The position numbers and the translations under genes were made by a program. Shown piece after piece: positions 7,516-16,402 of a stretch of 32,743 nt of DNA. Where the stretch lies: positions 1-32,743 of the IMG/VR virus record IMGVR_UViG_3300030330_004117; one strand, written 5' to 3'. The stretch's first letter is position 1. Each line of letters opens with the position of its first letter. This DNA is from a virus (taxonomy: Duplodnaviria > Caudoviricetes). The notes under the pieces were generated by a model that saw only the letters and a list, made by a program, of their open reading frames with translations, did not search any database and had not been told where the DNA came from.

Positions 7516-8499
7516 GTGGCTGATATTACTGTTAAAGTTCAGTCGCCAGGCTCTGAATATTGGGGTCAATCCACTTGGGGTTCAAATGACTGGGGTGGGT
7601 CAGGTCTTTCATTAACAACATCACAAGGTTCAGTCACTGTCACTGCAAATGCAGATGTCAGTGTAACTGGAATACAAATAACATCCTCACAAGGGACTAC
7701 TGTAGGGGGCACTTCTGCTTTAGTTACAGCTGGACCTGTAACTATGTCTGCTGGTGTGGGAAGCACGGTTGTTGGAATAGGAGTTCCTAATACAGGAATA
7801 TCTTTAACTTCAAGTATTGGAACAGCGACAGTTGATGAATCTGAATTAACAGGAATAGGTTGGGGTCGAAGAGCTTGGGGTAACCTTGCTTGGGGTGCAG
7901 CATATTCTGTTATTCCAACAGGCCAATCAATGACATCTTCAATTGGTGCTGCAGTAGGTAAGACTGATGTAACTGTTTCTGTCACTAGTGCAGGTCAATT
8001 AACTTCAACTTTTGGAAACTTCTCATTACAGATTGATCAAGATATAACTGTTTTTGCAGCGGAAGATCAGCTCGATTTTACTATAGGTGCTTTATCTTTT
8101 GATGCAGATGCAAACGTCACTGTAACAAGTGCCGGATCATTAACAGGATCTATGGGAACTACTGTGGCTGGTTTAAAAACGCCAGTAGATGTAACTGGTA
8201 TAGCTGCCACATTTACATTAGGCACTTTTACGTTAGTTCAAACTACGACTGAGTCTGTGACAGGCCAAACAGCTACAATGTCATTAGGTCAGCATACTGA
8301 AATTCCTGCTCAAACTGTAGGAGTTGGAGGACAACAATTATCAAGCTCAATTGGTTCAGTAACAGTCACTGGATTAGCAAACATCGATGTTACAGGTATT
8401 TCAAGCACTATTTCTGTAGGATCTGTTAACATTACTGCGTGGGCTGAAATAGATTTAGGTGTTTCTAATACTTGGACAGAGGTTGATTTAGCTGCGTGA
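7516..8499 (+). CDS. Repetitive Ser/Thr/Gly/Val-rich tail or fibre protein
   Basis: GTG start after AAGGAGG; approximately 20-aa V.VTG...T.S.G repeats and two WGxxxWGxxxWG blocks. Confidence 0.7.
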   Translation: MADITVKVQSPGSEYWGQSTWGSNDWGGSGLSLTTSQGSVTVTANADVSVTGIQITSSQGTTVGGTSALVTAGPVTMSAGVGSTVVGIGVPNTGISLTSSIGTATVDESELTGIGWGRRAWGNLAWGAAYSVIPTGQSMTSSIGAAVGKTDVTVSVTSAGQLTSTFGNFSLQIDQDITVFAAEDQLDFTIGALSFDADANVTVTSAGSLTGSMGTTVAGLKTPVDVTGIAATFTLGTFTLVQTTTESVTGQTATMSLGQHTEIPAQTVGVGGQQLSSSIGSVTVTGLANIDVTGISSTISVGSVNITAWAEIDLGVSNTWTEVDLAA

Positions 8500-8511
8500 T
8501 AAAGGTATAAT
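8483..8511 (+). promoter_or_regulatory. sigma70-type promoter upstream of tail fibre
   Basis: TTGATT (8483-8488), 17-nt spacer, TATAAT (8506-8511), followed by an AGGAG RBS. Confidence 0.65.
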
Positions 8512-8536
8512 TAAAACAATTTAGGAGAAAAAATTT

Positions 8537-9766
8537 ATGACATCAACTTATTCATCTGATCTTAAACTTGAATTGATGGTAACCGGTGAAAACGCTGGTA
8601 CATGGGGTGATAAAACAAATACAAACTTAAACTTAATTCAACAAGCTGTAGCAGGTTTTGAACAAATAACACTTTCATCAGGTGGTACTGTTGCTTTAGC
8701 AATGTCAGATGGTGCTATTTCAAACGCAAGAAATCTTGTAATAAAATTTGCAACAATAACTGCTGGATCTTCAACTGTTTGTACAGTTCCTGATTCGATA
8801 GAAAAGTTTTATATTTTTGATTGTCGATTAGTTACTAACCCAACAAACCTAACTATTAAAACAGCTTCAGGAACTGGATTTAGTCCTGATGCACAAAAAA
8901 TTTATGCTGCTTACACTGATGGTACAAACTTAACTGAAATTTCTTTAGATACTTTAGGTGGTAGCATTGGAACTGCACAAATAGCAGACGATGCTGTGGA
9001 CAACGATAAAATTGCAGCTAACGCTGTAAGAGCTGCACAACTTTCTAATAACGCAGTTACTTCTGCTAAAATAATTGACAATGCAGTTCTAACTGCAAAA
9101 ATTTCTAATAAAAATGTGACACAAGCTAAGATTGCTGATGATGCTGTTGGTCCTGATCAATTAGCAAACACTGCAGTATCTGCAGGTACTTATACGGTTG
9201 CAACAATTACTGTAGACGCACAAGGAAGATTAACGGGAGCTGCTTCAGGAGCTGCTGGTGGTGGATTTGCATTACGAAGTTATTCAAGAAGTCCAGGAAC
9301 TTACACAACACCAGGAAACGCATCGAAAGCAAGATTTTTTGCCATTGGTGGTGGCGGTGGTGGAAGAGGCACAAACCCAGCACCAGATGGAAGACCTGGT
9401 GGTCAAGGTGGAGCTGGAGAATTTTTAAAAGACGTAGATGCATCAACTTCATATACTTTTACGATTGGAACTGGAGGAAGTGGATCTAACCCAGGCGGTC
9501 CTGCTGGAAATAGTGGTAACGCCACAACTGTGCCTGGATTAAGTGTAACCGCTAATGGTGGACAAGGAGGTCAACCAGGTAACCCAGGATCGGTTGGTAC
9601 AGTTCCAGGTGGAATTGATATAAGTAGTTTATACGCTGACACAGGTTTTTATGTAGATTCAGCTGTAGTTGGTAAAGGTGGAGCTGGAAGATCTTCACCT
9701 CCCGCGATGGCCAGTGTTGGACAAGGTGGTAGCAGCGGTGGTTTAATAATTTTTGATAACGGATAA
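8537..9766 (+). CDS. Tail fibre protein
   Basis: N-terminal anchor (LKLEL..TGENAGTWGDKTNTNL), central 10-aa repeats, ITVDAQGRLT hinge and a Gly-rich C-terminal domain. Confidence 0.8.
   Translation: MTSTYSSDLKLELMVTGENAGTWGDKTNTNLNLIQQAVAGFEQITLSSGGTVALAMSDGAISNARNLVIKFATITAGSSTVCTVPDSIEKFYIFDCRLVTNPTNLTIKTASGTGFSPDAQKIYAAYTDGTNLTEISLDTLGGSIGTAQIADDAVDNDKIAANAVRAAQLSNNAVTSAKIIDNAVLTAKISNKNVTQAKIADDAVGPDQLANTAVSAGTYTVATITVDAQGRLTGAASGAAGGGFALRSYSRSPGTYTTPGNASKARFFAIGGGGGGRGTNPAPDGRPGGQGGAGEFLKDVDASTSYTFTIGTGGSGSNPGGPAGNSGNATTVPGLSVTANGGQGGQPGNPGSVGTVPGGIDISSLYADTGFYVDSAVVGKGGAGRSSPPAMASVGQGGSSGGLIIFDNG
8963..9172 (+). repeat. Seven tandem decapeptide repeats in tail fibre shaft
   Basis: SIGTAQIADD/AVDNDKIAAN/AVRAAQLSNN/AVTSAKIIDN/AVLTAKISNK/NVTQAKIADD/AVGPDQLANT. 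Confidence 0.85.
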
Positions 9767-9771
9767 TACTT

Positions 9772-10221
9772 ATGGCTAGACATATTATTTTTAATAATCT
9801 AAATAAAAAAATCGGAATAGTTGAAACCGATGAAGCTAAAAATTGGTGGATGAATTACGGTGCTGAATCATCTGTAGAAATATCAGATTCAGATTACGAA
9901 GCAGTTGTAATTACTTTAACTAAAAAATTTGAAGATGTGGAAACTTCTTCAACTATTATTGATAATTCTGATGTGCCATCACATGAAATTACAAAGGAAA
10001 TGTGTGAAGAAAAAATACAAGAATTAATAAAGAATATTGATCATTGTGAAAAAAAGTGGCCAAACGTTCCGAGCACTTGGAGTGGTTACAAATCTACTTT
10101 AGAAAACATAAATTTGGATAGTATCTCATGGCCAGTAACTGCATCTGTTTGGCTTGACGCATTACATAAGAATGGTATAAGTGTACCCTCACCAGCTGGT
10201 GAGATACCATGCGCAACATAA
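9772..10221 (+). CDS. Hypothetical protein, possible tail fibre chaperone
   Basis: Immediately follows the fibre gene; acidic; C-terminal W..Y...LEN.......WP resembles tail fibre assembly proteins. Confidence 0.55.
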   Translation: MARHIIFNNLNKKIGIVETDEAKNWWMNYGAESSVEISDSDYEAVVITLTKKFEDVETSSTIIDNSDVPSHEITKEMCEEKIQELIKNIDHCEKKWPNVPSTWSGYKSTLENINLDSISWPVTASVWLDALHKNGISVPSPAGEIPCAT

Positions 10222-10946
10222 TAAAGTTTAAAGCTCACGAATTTATAACAAAAGACAAATCAATTCACCCAACACCGGGTAAGTTTAATATTCCTGATTG
10301 GTATAAAAATATTAAAAAAGGAAATTTTGATAATTTAAATATAAAAAACTGTAAACCTTTTCTTGATAGTTTAGTCACAGGTTATCTAATAAAAAATCCT
10401 GTCGATCAAGAAGTTAATTTTAATACACCTGACCCTAGAATAGATAATAAATTAAATACTTGGGTCAATATAAATCCTCATGTTCACACACATCCTTTAG
10501 CTGATTTAGTAAATGTTAATAAAGGAAATGAGATACATAATTTAAATCAAGTTGGTGGAAGCACTTGTCCTTTCGCAGTGACTAATAAAATGTTTGAAAT
10601 TTACAAACTTATGAATCCATGGATTATAGAAATACCAAAAGACTATAGTATTTTATACACTCCACCTTTAAACAGACCTGATGATAGATTTGAAATTTTG
10701 TCAGGTATAGTAGATGGTAATCATCCAGTGCATGTAAATTTTCCTTGTGTTTTTAAAAAAGAAGGAACATGGTTATTAGAAAAAGGCACACCAATCGCAA
10801 CTGTTTTCCCATTTAAAAACGATAATTGGAAAATGGATATAAGTAAAATCACAGCACAAGAAACCTCAAGAAGGTTCTTTACAATGGGAACAAAATTAAC
10901 TAAATATTATGAAAAATTACTTTGGAAAAGAAAATCATGGAATTAA
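10209..10946 (+). CDS. Conserved protein with degenerate dUTPase-like (DUF6065-like) features
   Basis: IPDWYK..IKNCKPFLD...GY, NPWII..P..YSILY..P, ILSGIVD and KGTPIA.VFPFK; overlaps the downstream oxygenase gene. Confidence 0.6.
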   Translation: MRNIIKFKAHEFITKDKSIHPTPGKFNIPDWYKNIKKGNFDNLNIKNCKPFLDSLVTGYLIKNPVDQEVNFNTPDPRIDNKLNTWVNINPHVHTHPLADLVNVNKGNEIHNLNQVGGSTCPFAVTNKMFEIYKLMNPWIIEIPKDYSILYTPPLNRPDDRFEILSGIVDGNHPVHVNFPCVFKKEGTWLLEKGTPIATVFPFKNDNWKMDISKITAQETSRRFFTMGTKLTKYYEKLLWKRKSWN

Positions 10947-11518
10947 AAGAATTTATAAAAGTATACCCAAATTTTCTTTCACCAACACAAGTTTCTGCTT
11001 TCTTAAGAAATTTTAGTAATTATCAATTCAATGACACGACTGTTGTTGGTGCAGGGGCTACCGAAAAAAATCATAATTCTATTGTGGATAAAAGTATAAG
11101 AAAGGCACAGGATTATAATTTAAATATAAATAGAACAGTTACCGAAACACATTGGTATAATTATATTTGTGCTAAAATAGTAAAAGCAGTTGAAAGATAT
11201 AAAATAGATACTAATGGAGATTTTAATATTTCGCTTGTACAAGAAGTAAGTTTACTTAAATACGAAAAAGGAGGTTTTTACAAACCACATGTAGATTCTT
11301 GCAGAGCAATACATCGTGAATTATCTATAATTATTTTTTTAAATAATGATTATCAGGGTGGGTATTTAAAATTTTATAAACCCAATGGTGAAGTATATTA
11401 TGAAGTGCAACCATTTCCAGGCACTATCGTATTATGGCCTAGTAATTTTTTATATCCACATGCTGCAGACACTGTACTAGAGGGGACAAGATTTTGTATC
11501 GTATCATGGGTAGTGTAA
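10937..11518 (+). CDS. Prolyl 4-hydroxylase-like 2OG-Fe(II) oxygenase
   Basis: LLKYEKGGFYKPHVD (HxD), LSIIIFLNNDYQGG, LWPSNFLYPH, GTRFCIVSW. Start placed at ATG 10937. Confidence 0.88.
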   Translation: MELKEFIKVYPNFLSPTQVSAFLRNFSNYQFNDTTVVGAGATEKNHNSIVDKSIRKAQDYNLNINRTVTETHWYNYICAKIVKAVERYKIDTNGDFNISLVQEVSLLKYEKGGFYKPHVDSCRAIHRELSIIIFLNNDYQGGYLKFYKPNGEVYYEVQPFPGTIVLWPSNFLYPHAADTVLEGTRFCIVSWVV

Positions 11519-12033
11519 TTTATATAAAAGACCTCCTTAAAGAAGATGAAAATAATTTATTATGGAACTACATGAAAATTTTTCATGAATCTAATAATGG
11601 TGACTTTGATGATACACAAACTTCATTGGGAGAAACTTTTGAATACGGCTGTCCTTTAATGGATAGTATCTTAATATCTAAAATTAAAAAAGTAGAAAAA
11701 CATCTTAACAAAGAATTGTTACCAACTTATAGTTTTTGGAGAATGTACACTAGGTTTTCTAAATTATTTAAACACACTGATAGACCATCATGTGAAATAA
11801 CAGTTAGTGTAAATGTTAAGAGTGATAAAGAATGGCCTATTTTTATTGGTGATAAAAAATATATTATTAAACCAAAGGATGGGATTTTGTATTATGGTGC
11901 AGGTGTATCTCATTGGAGAGATGAATATGATGGAGATTTTAATGCTCAGATATTTTTACATTATGTAGAAAAAAATGGTAAATATAAAGATTACTTATAT
12001 GATAAAAGAAAATATTTAGGATTTAAACAATGA
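11506..12033 (+). CDS. 2OG-Fe(II) oxygenase-like protein
   Basis: PTYSFWRMY..LFKHTDRPSCEITVS (HxD)..GILYYG...HWR..QIFLHY. Start placed at ATG 11506. Confidence 0.8.
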   Translation: MGSVIYIKDLLKEDENNLLWNYMKIFHESNNGDFDDTQTSLGETFEYGCPLMDSILISKIKKVEKHLNKELLPTYSFWRMYTRFSKLFKHTDRPSCEITVSVNVKSDKEWPIFIGDKKYIIKPKDGILYYGAGVSHWRDEYDGDFNAQIFLHYVEKNGKYKDYLYDKRKYLGFKQ

Positions 12034-12224
12034 GATTCTTAAATTATAAAGATGCTTTCATAATAGAATTTACAGAAGAAGAAATAAAATTAATAGAAAA
12101 AAATAAAAAATTAACCGTAATTTATCCAGAAACAAGAACCCTTCTAGAGGCTATTTCTACTGCCTTAACCAATGCTTGTTATGCTTTGAAAAATTTTATA
12201 GATAAAAATGAACCCAAAACCTAA
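12030..12224 (+). CDS. Hypothetical protein
   Basis: ATGA-coupled to the upstream gene; 64 aa. Confidence 0.6.
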   Translation: MRFLNYKDAFIIEFTEEEIKLIEKNKKLTVIYPETRTLLEAISTALTNACYALKNFIDKNEPKT

Positions 12225-12228
12225 CAGG

Positions 12229-12257
12229 TTTATCTTAAAGGCTAACAATGGTATAAT
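12229..12257 (+). promoter_or_regulatory. Extended -10 promoter, probably leaderless
   Basis: TTTATC, 17-nt spacer, TATAAT, with TGn extension (TGGTATAAT 12249-12257). ATG is 5 nt downstream with no SD. Confidence 0.6.
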
Positions 12258-12262
12258 ATAGA

Positions 12263-14416
12263 ATGCCTTTAACAAATGTATTGATACAACCCGGTTTTAA
12301 CAAACAAGTCACAGAAGTAGGAGCAGAAGGTCAATGGACTGATGGTGATTTTGTAAGATTTAGATATGGTCTTCCTGAAAAAATTGGTGGTTGGGAACAA
12401 ATTTTAAGTAGCACTTTAGTAGGTGCAGCAAGAGAGCAATTTATTTGGGCAGATCTTGATGGAAGAAGATACGCTGCAATCGGAACAAATAAAGTTTTAG
12501 TAATTTATTATGAGGGTTCTTTTTATGATATTACTCCATTAGACACTGCTTTAACAGGTTGCACGTTTGATACTGTAAATAATGATGCAACAGTAACTGT
12601 TAATAAACCGGCACATGGATTAGAAGCAGGTGATTTGTTTACTTTTACCTCTGTAACTCCTCCAGTTGGCGCAGGATACTCAGCAGCTAATTTTGAAACA
12701 AATACATTTCAAGTTATTACTGTACCTAATAGTGATGAATTCACAATTGAAATGGCTTCACAAGCAGGGACAACGGTCAACGGAAGTGGTTCTGCAGTTG
12801 TAAACCCTTATGTAAAACCAGGAAGCTTAAATTTTACTTATGGCTTTGGTTGGGGCACAGGACTTTGGGGTGGTGGACAACAAGTATTTAGCACGTTGAA
12901 CGGAGGACTGAATGATGATACTGCAGGTACAGGAGGATCCGGTACTTCAATAACACTTGCATCGACCACAGGATTTCCAACATCAGGGACCATTAAAGTT
13001 GGTGCAGAGTTTATTTCATACACAGGTATATCGAGCAATGATCTAACAGGTATTACAAGAGCAGCAGGAGGCACTAGGTCAGCTCACGCAAATGGTGCAG
13101 GAGTTGAGTACTATACAGGATGGGGAGAGGCATCTTTATCACAAACTTTAACTATAGATCCTGCTAGTTGGTCATTAGACAATTTTGGAGAACAATTAAT
13201 CGCTACAGTTAAGAATGGTAAATCTTTTTCATGGAACCCAATAAACTCAGATACTAACGCTTTATCCACTAGAGCTGTTTTAATATCTAACGCACCTACA
13301 GCGTCTGTAATGTCATTAGTATCTGATAGAGATAGACATCTTTTAATGCTTGGCACTGAAACTACTATCGGCTCACCAGGGACACAAGACAAATTATTTA
13401 TTAGATTTTCCGATCAGGAAAATATTAATGATTACACAGCTACATCTGTTAACACAGCAGGAGCATTTAGATTAGATTCAGGGACAAAAATAGTGGGTGC
13501 AGTTAAAGGTAAAGATTATACACTTGTTTTAACTGATACAGCTGCTTACGTAATTCAATTTGTTGGTCCACCTTTTACTTTTTCTGTAAGACAAGTAGGA
13601 TCAAATTGTGGAGCAATAGGGCAACACTCTATAAAATATGTTAATGGTGCAGTTTATTGGATGGGAGAAGCTGGAGGATTTTTTGTCTATGATGGTACTG
13701 TTAAAGCGTTGCCTTGTTTAGTTGAGGATTTTGTTTTTACAACAAAAGGTTCTAATTTAGGAATTAACTATCAAAATGGTGAATCAGTATACGCTGGATT
13801 ATATACCTTATATGAAGAGATAACTTGGTTTTATCCTAAGAGTGGTAGTAGTAACGTAGACAGATGTGTAACTTTTAATTATCAAAGTAACACATGGACA
13901 ACTGGATCATTAGCGAGAACAACTTATGTAGACGCTAATCTTTATGATGAACCATATGCTACAGAGTTTATTAGTGACGGAACTCCAACCTTTCCAACGA
14001 TTCAAGGAGTTACAAATGTAAACGGTGCAACAACATATTATGCTCATGAAGTGGGGGTCAATCAAGTTGACTCCTCTGGAAACAAAACTGCAATTCCTGC
14101 TTTTATACAGTCAGGGGATTTTGATTTAACTGTAGGTGGTGATGGCCAAGTTTTTATGAGTATGCGAAGATTTGTTCCTGACTTTAAACAAATACAAGGT
14201 AATGCCAGAATTACTATTAATTTAAAAGATTATCCATCTGATACAGCAAGTTCTTCACCTCTTGGACCATTTACAATTACAAGCTCTACTGATAAGGTAG
14301 ATACTCGAGCTAGATCAAGATTTGCAAGTTTAAAAGTAGAAAATACATCTACAGATGAAAATTGGAGATATGGCACTTTTAGGGCTGATATACAACCAGA
14401 TGGTATGAGAGGATAA
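12263..14416 (+). CDS. Tail tubular protein B / P22 gp10-like nozzle protein
   Basis: 717 aa. N-terminal PG...W.DG..VRFR.G.PEKIGGW; propeller-like IRFSDQEN, VYWMG..GFFVYDG, EITWFYP; C-terminal D...DG.R. Confidence 0.75.
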   Translation: MPLTNVLIQPGFNKQVTEVGAEGQWTDGDFVRFRYGLPEKIGGWEQILSSTLVGAAREQFIWADLDGRRYAAIGTNKVLVIYYEGSFYDITPLDTALTGCTFDTVNNDATVTVNKPAHGLEAGDLFTFTSVTPPVGAGYSAANFETNTFQVITVPNSDEFTIEMASQAGTTVNGSGSAVVNPYVKPGSLNFTYGFGWGTGLWGGGQQVFSTLNGGLNDDTAGTGGSGTSITLASTTGFPTSGTIKVGAEFISYTGISSNDLTGITRAAGGTRSAHANGAGVEYYTGWGEASLSQTLTIDPASWSLDNFGEQLIATVKNGKSFSWNPINSDTNALSTRAVLISNAPTASVMSLVSDRDRHLLMLGTETTIGSPGTQDKLFIRFSDQENINDYTATSVNTAGAFRLDSGTKIVGAVKGKDYTLVLTDTAAYVIQFVGPPFTFSVRQVGSNCGAIGQHSIKYVNGAVYWMGEAGGFFVYDGTVKALPCLVEDFVFTTKGSNLGINYQNGESVYAGLYTLYEEITWFYPKSGSSNVDRCVTFNYQSNTWTTGSLARTTYVDANLYDEPYATEFISDGTPTFPTIQGVTNVNGATTYYAHEVGVNQVDSSGNKTAIPAFIQSGDFDLTVGGDGQVFMSMRRFVPDFKQIQGNARITINLKDYPSDTASSSPLGPFTITSSTDKVDTRARSRFASLKVENTSTDENWRYGTFRADIQPDGMRG
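12767..12787 (+). repeat. Heptad triplet array 1
   Basis: GGGACAA CGGTCAA CGGAAGT. Confidence 0.45.
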
Positions 14417-14982
14417 TGGAAAATTTTATTACACCAATGTATGACGATATGGGTATTGCAGGTTTAAACAATATGGGAGTAAATCAAATACAACAAGACC
14501 CAATGCCTACAGGTTTGCCAAGTTTAAAAGATATAGCAGAAAACGTTGCAAAAAATGTTGCAAAACAAAAAGCAAAAGAATTTGCAATAAGTAAAGGTTT
14601 ACCAACATTAGTGGGTGATGTTGTGTTTGGAAACCCTATGCTTTCAGCACCTTTAGGTATCGCAGGTTTAGGACCTGCAGCGTTAGGAATAGGTGCTTTA
14701 CAAAATGTGAATACAAATCTACAAACAAGTTTGTTTGGTAGATCAAAAACTATAGCAGATTTTTTACAAGCAAAAAGAGATCAAAAATTAGCGATGCAAG
14801 TAGCAAATAGAGGAGCCATAAAACAAAATCAATTACTAAGTGAAAGATTAGCTAAAGCACCTGTAACCCTTCAAGACACTAGAAGAGGTGGTCAATATGA
14901 AAATCAAGGAGGACAAGGTGGAATGTCAGCTAATGCTAGCACAGGCACATCAGCTGAAAGAGGTGCTGCTTTACATGGCTAG
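14416..14982 (+). CDS. Hypothetical protein (possible internal virion protein)
   Basis: GAGG RBS; Gly/Ala/Gln-rich. Confidence 0.65.
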   Translation: MENFITPMYDDMGIAGLNNMGVNQIQQDPMPTGLPSLKDIAENVAKNVAKQKAKEFAISKGLPTLVGDVVFGNPMLSAPLGIAGLGPAALGIGALQNVNTNLQTSLFGRSKTIADFLQAKRDQKLAMQVANRGAIKQNQLLSERLAKAPVTLQDTRRGGQYENQGGQGGMSANASTGTSAERGAALHG

Positions 14983-15139
14983 AGTAGATATTGTAATACC
15001 AGAACCTTCTGCACAATATGAAGAAGAAAACCAAAGACAAATAAGTCAGTCTTTACGAACCATGCAAGATAAGTTAAATACAACTTATCAACAAGAACTT
15101 AAAAATGAACAAGATGCTTTTAATTACTTTTTATCATGA
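14975..15139 (+). CDS. Small structural protein
   Basis: ATG 14975 after GAGGT; MARVDIVIPEPSAQYEEENQRQI, a type usually found after tail tubular B genes. Confidence 0.65.
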   Translation: MARVDIVIPEPSAQYEEENQRQISQSLRTMQDKLNTTYQQELKNEQDAFNYFLS

Positions 15140-15486
15140 CAATAAGATATAAAAATCAAGGTTTCAAACAAGCTAGCACGGCTAAGACTACAGTGTTTAC
15201 TTGTCCTAGTAATGCAACAGTAATAGTTAAGAGTGTTTATTGTGCAAATAATGATGCCTCTTCAGCTATTTTAGTAAACATGAATTTAGTCGACTCATCA
15301 GATTCTAGTACAGAGTATGAATTTTTTAGAGATGACGTGGCAGCAAAAACACAAGTCAATGCTACTCCACAGGGTTTGAATTTAGAGGCAGGTGATGCAA
15401 TAACAGTAACGGCAGCAACAGGAAGTAATAAAATTCAAGGTGCTATAAGTTATGCTCAAATAGATAGATCTCAGGAGAATGGCTAG
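15136..15486 (+). CDS. Small beta-sandwich structural protein
   Basis: TTVFTCP...IVKS..CAN...LNLEAGDAITV pattern; ATGA-coupled. Confidence 0.7.
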   Translation: MTIRYKNQGFKQASTAKTTVFTCPSNATVIVKSVYCANNDASSAILVNMNLVDSSDSSTEYEFFRDDVAAKTQVNATPQGLNLEAGDAITVTAATGSNKIQGAISYAQIDRSQENG

Positions 15487-15610
15487 ACAAAAGTTTGTAC
15501 ACTACGTTCCAAGACCGAAACCAAGAAAGCGTCCTGGTCGTCATAAAAAAACACTATCAAAATCAGAGAAAAGGAGTTATAAAAAATATAATCGTCAAGG
15601 ACGTGTATGA
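15479..15610 (+). CDS. 43-aa highly basic peptide (not in ORF track)
   Basis: MARQKFVHYVPRPKPRKRPGRHKKTLSKSEKRSYKKYNRQGRV; overlaps both neighbouring genes. Confidence 0.65.
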   Translation: MARQKFVHYVPRPKPRKRPGRHKKTLSKSEKRSYKKYNRQGRV

Positions 15611-16179
15611 AATATAAATTATTTGAAGATTGTATTTTTATTAATTATTTTCAAGATTCACAGTTTACAAAAAAAACTTTAAAAATATTAAAAGACCAAA
15701 AGAAATTAAATTACAAATTTGAAAAATCTAATGTGATAGGTTTTCAAACTAAGAATATTGATGATGAATATTTATCTAGTAAAATATTAAATTGGAGTTT
15801 AACAACACTAGGCGATAATTTATTATTTAAAAAAAATTTTAAATTAAAATTAATAAACTTATGGATTAATGAAAATTCAAAGTATTCTTACAATCAAGTA
15901 CACAACCATCCTAACTCTCATTTTAGTGGTGTATTCTATATAGACGTTCCAAATGATTCAGGTGATATATTCTTTTTAAGGCCTGATTTTTCTTCTACCA
16001 TGTACGATTTGTCTAATTTCCTGTATGCATCTCCTATGAATATAGAGCAAAAAAAAATTAAAAATTGCACTAATCAATTTTTATTATTTCCATCAACATT
16101 AATGCATGGAGTTCATATAAATAAAACAGATAATCCAAGAATTACTTTGTCCTTTAATTTATTTCTTGCAGAAAATTAA
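15607..16179 (+). CDS. 2OG-Fe(II) oxygenase (TIGR02466-like)
   Basis: LWINEN..YNQVHNHPNSHFSGVFYI..SGDIFF..LLFPSTLMHGV..RITLSFN. Confidence 0.88.
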   Translation: MKYKLFEDCIFINYFQDSQFTKKTLKILKDQKKLNYKFEKSNVIGFQTKNIDDEYLSSKILNWSLTTLGDNLLFKKNFKLKLINLWINENSKYSYNQVHNHPNSHFSGVFYIDVPNDSGDIFFLRPDFSSTMYDLSNFLYASPMNIEQKKIKNCTNQFLLFPSTLMHGVHINKTDNPRITLSFNLFLAEN

Positions 16180-16193
16180 AAAATACGTACTAT
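16166..16193 (+). promoter_or_regulatory. Possible sigma70 promoter
   Basis: TTGCAG, 16-nt spacer, TACTAT; ATG 16202 is 8 nt downstream with no SD. Confidence 0.35.
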
Positions 16194-16201
16194 AAAATTA
16201 A

Positions 16202-16402
16202 ATGACTGAAATACCGAAAATTCCAGCAGAAGCAAAAGAAATTATTAAACATAAAAGAACAGGAAAAATTTATGCTAGCAAAGCTGATTTTGACGCTGAT
16301 GTTGCTGATCCCAATACTGATACTACTGTTGATGATTTTCGACAAGACTTGGAGATCAAAGTAACAAGAGCTGGTATTATCGGTGCTAAAACTAAAAAAT
16401 AA
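16202..16402 (+). CDS. Small hypothetical protein
   Basis: 66 aa, IKHKRTGKIY...DVADPNTDT; stop overlaps the glycosyltransferase start. Confidence 0.7.
   Translation: MTEIPKIPAEAKEIIKHKRTGKIYASKADFDADVADPNTDTTVDDFRQDLEIKVTRAGIIGAKTKK

Noticed and set aside
11153-11161. TGGTATAAT extended -10 inside the P4H-like gene
   Set aside because: It is explained by Trp-Tyr-Asn codons, has no -35, and has no nearby gene start.
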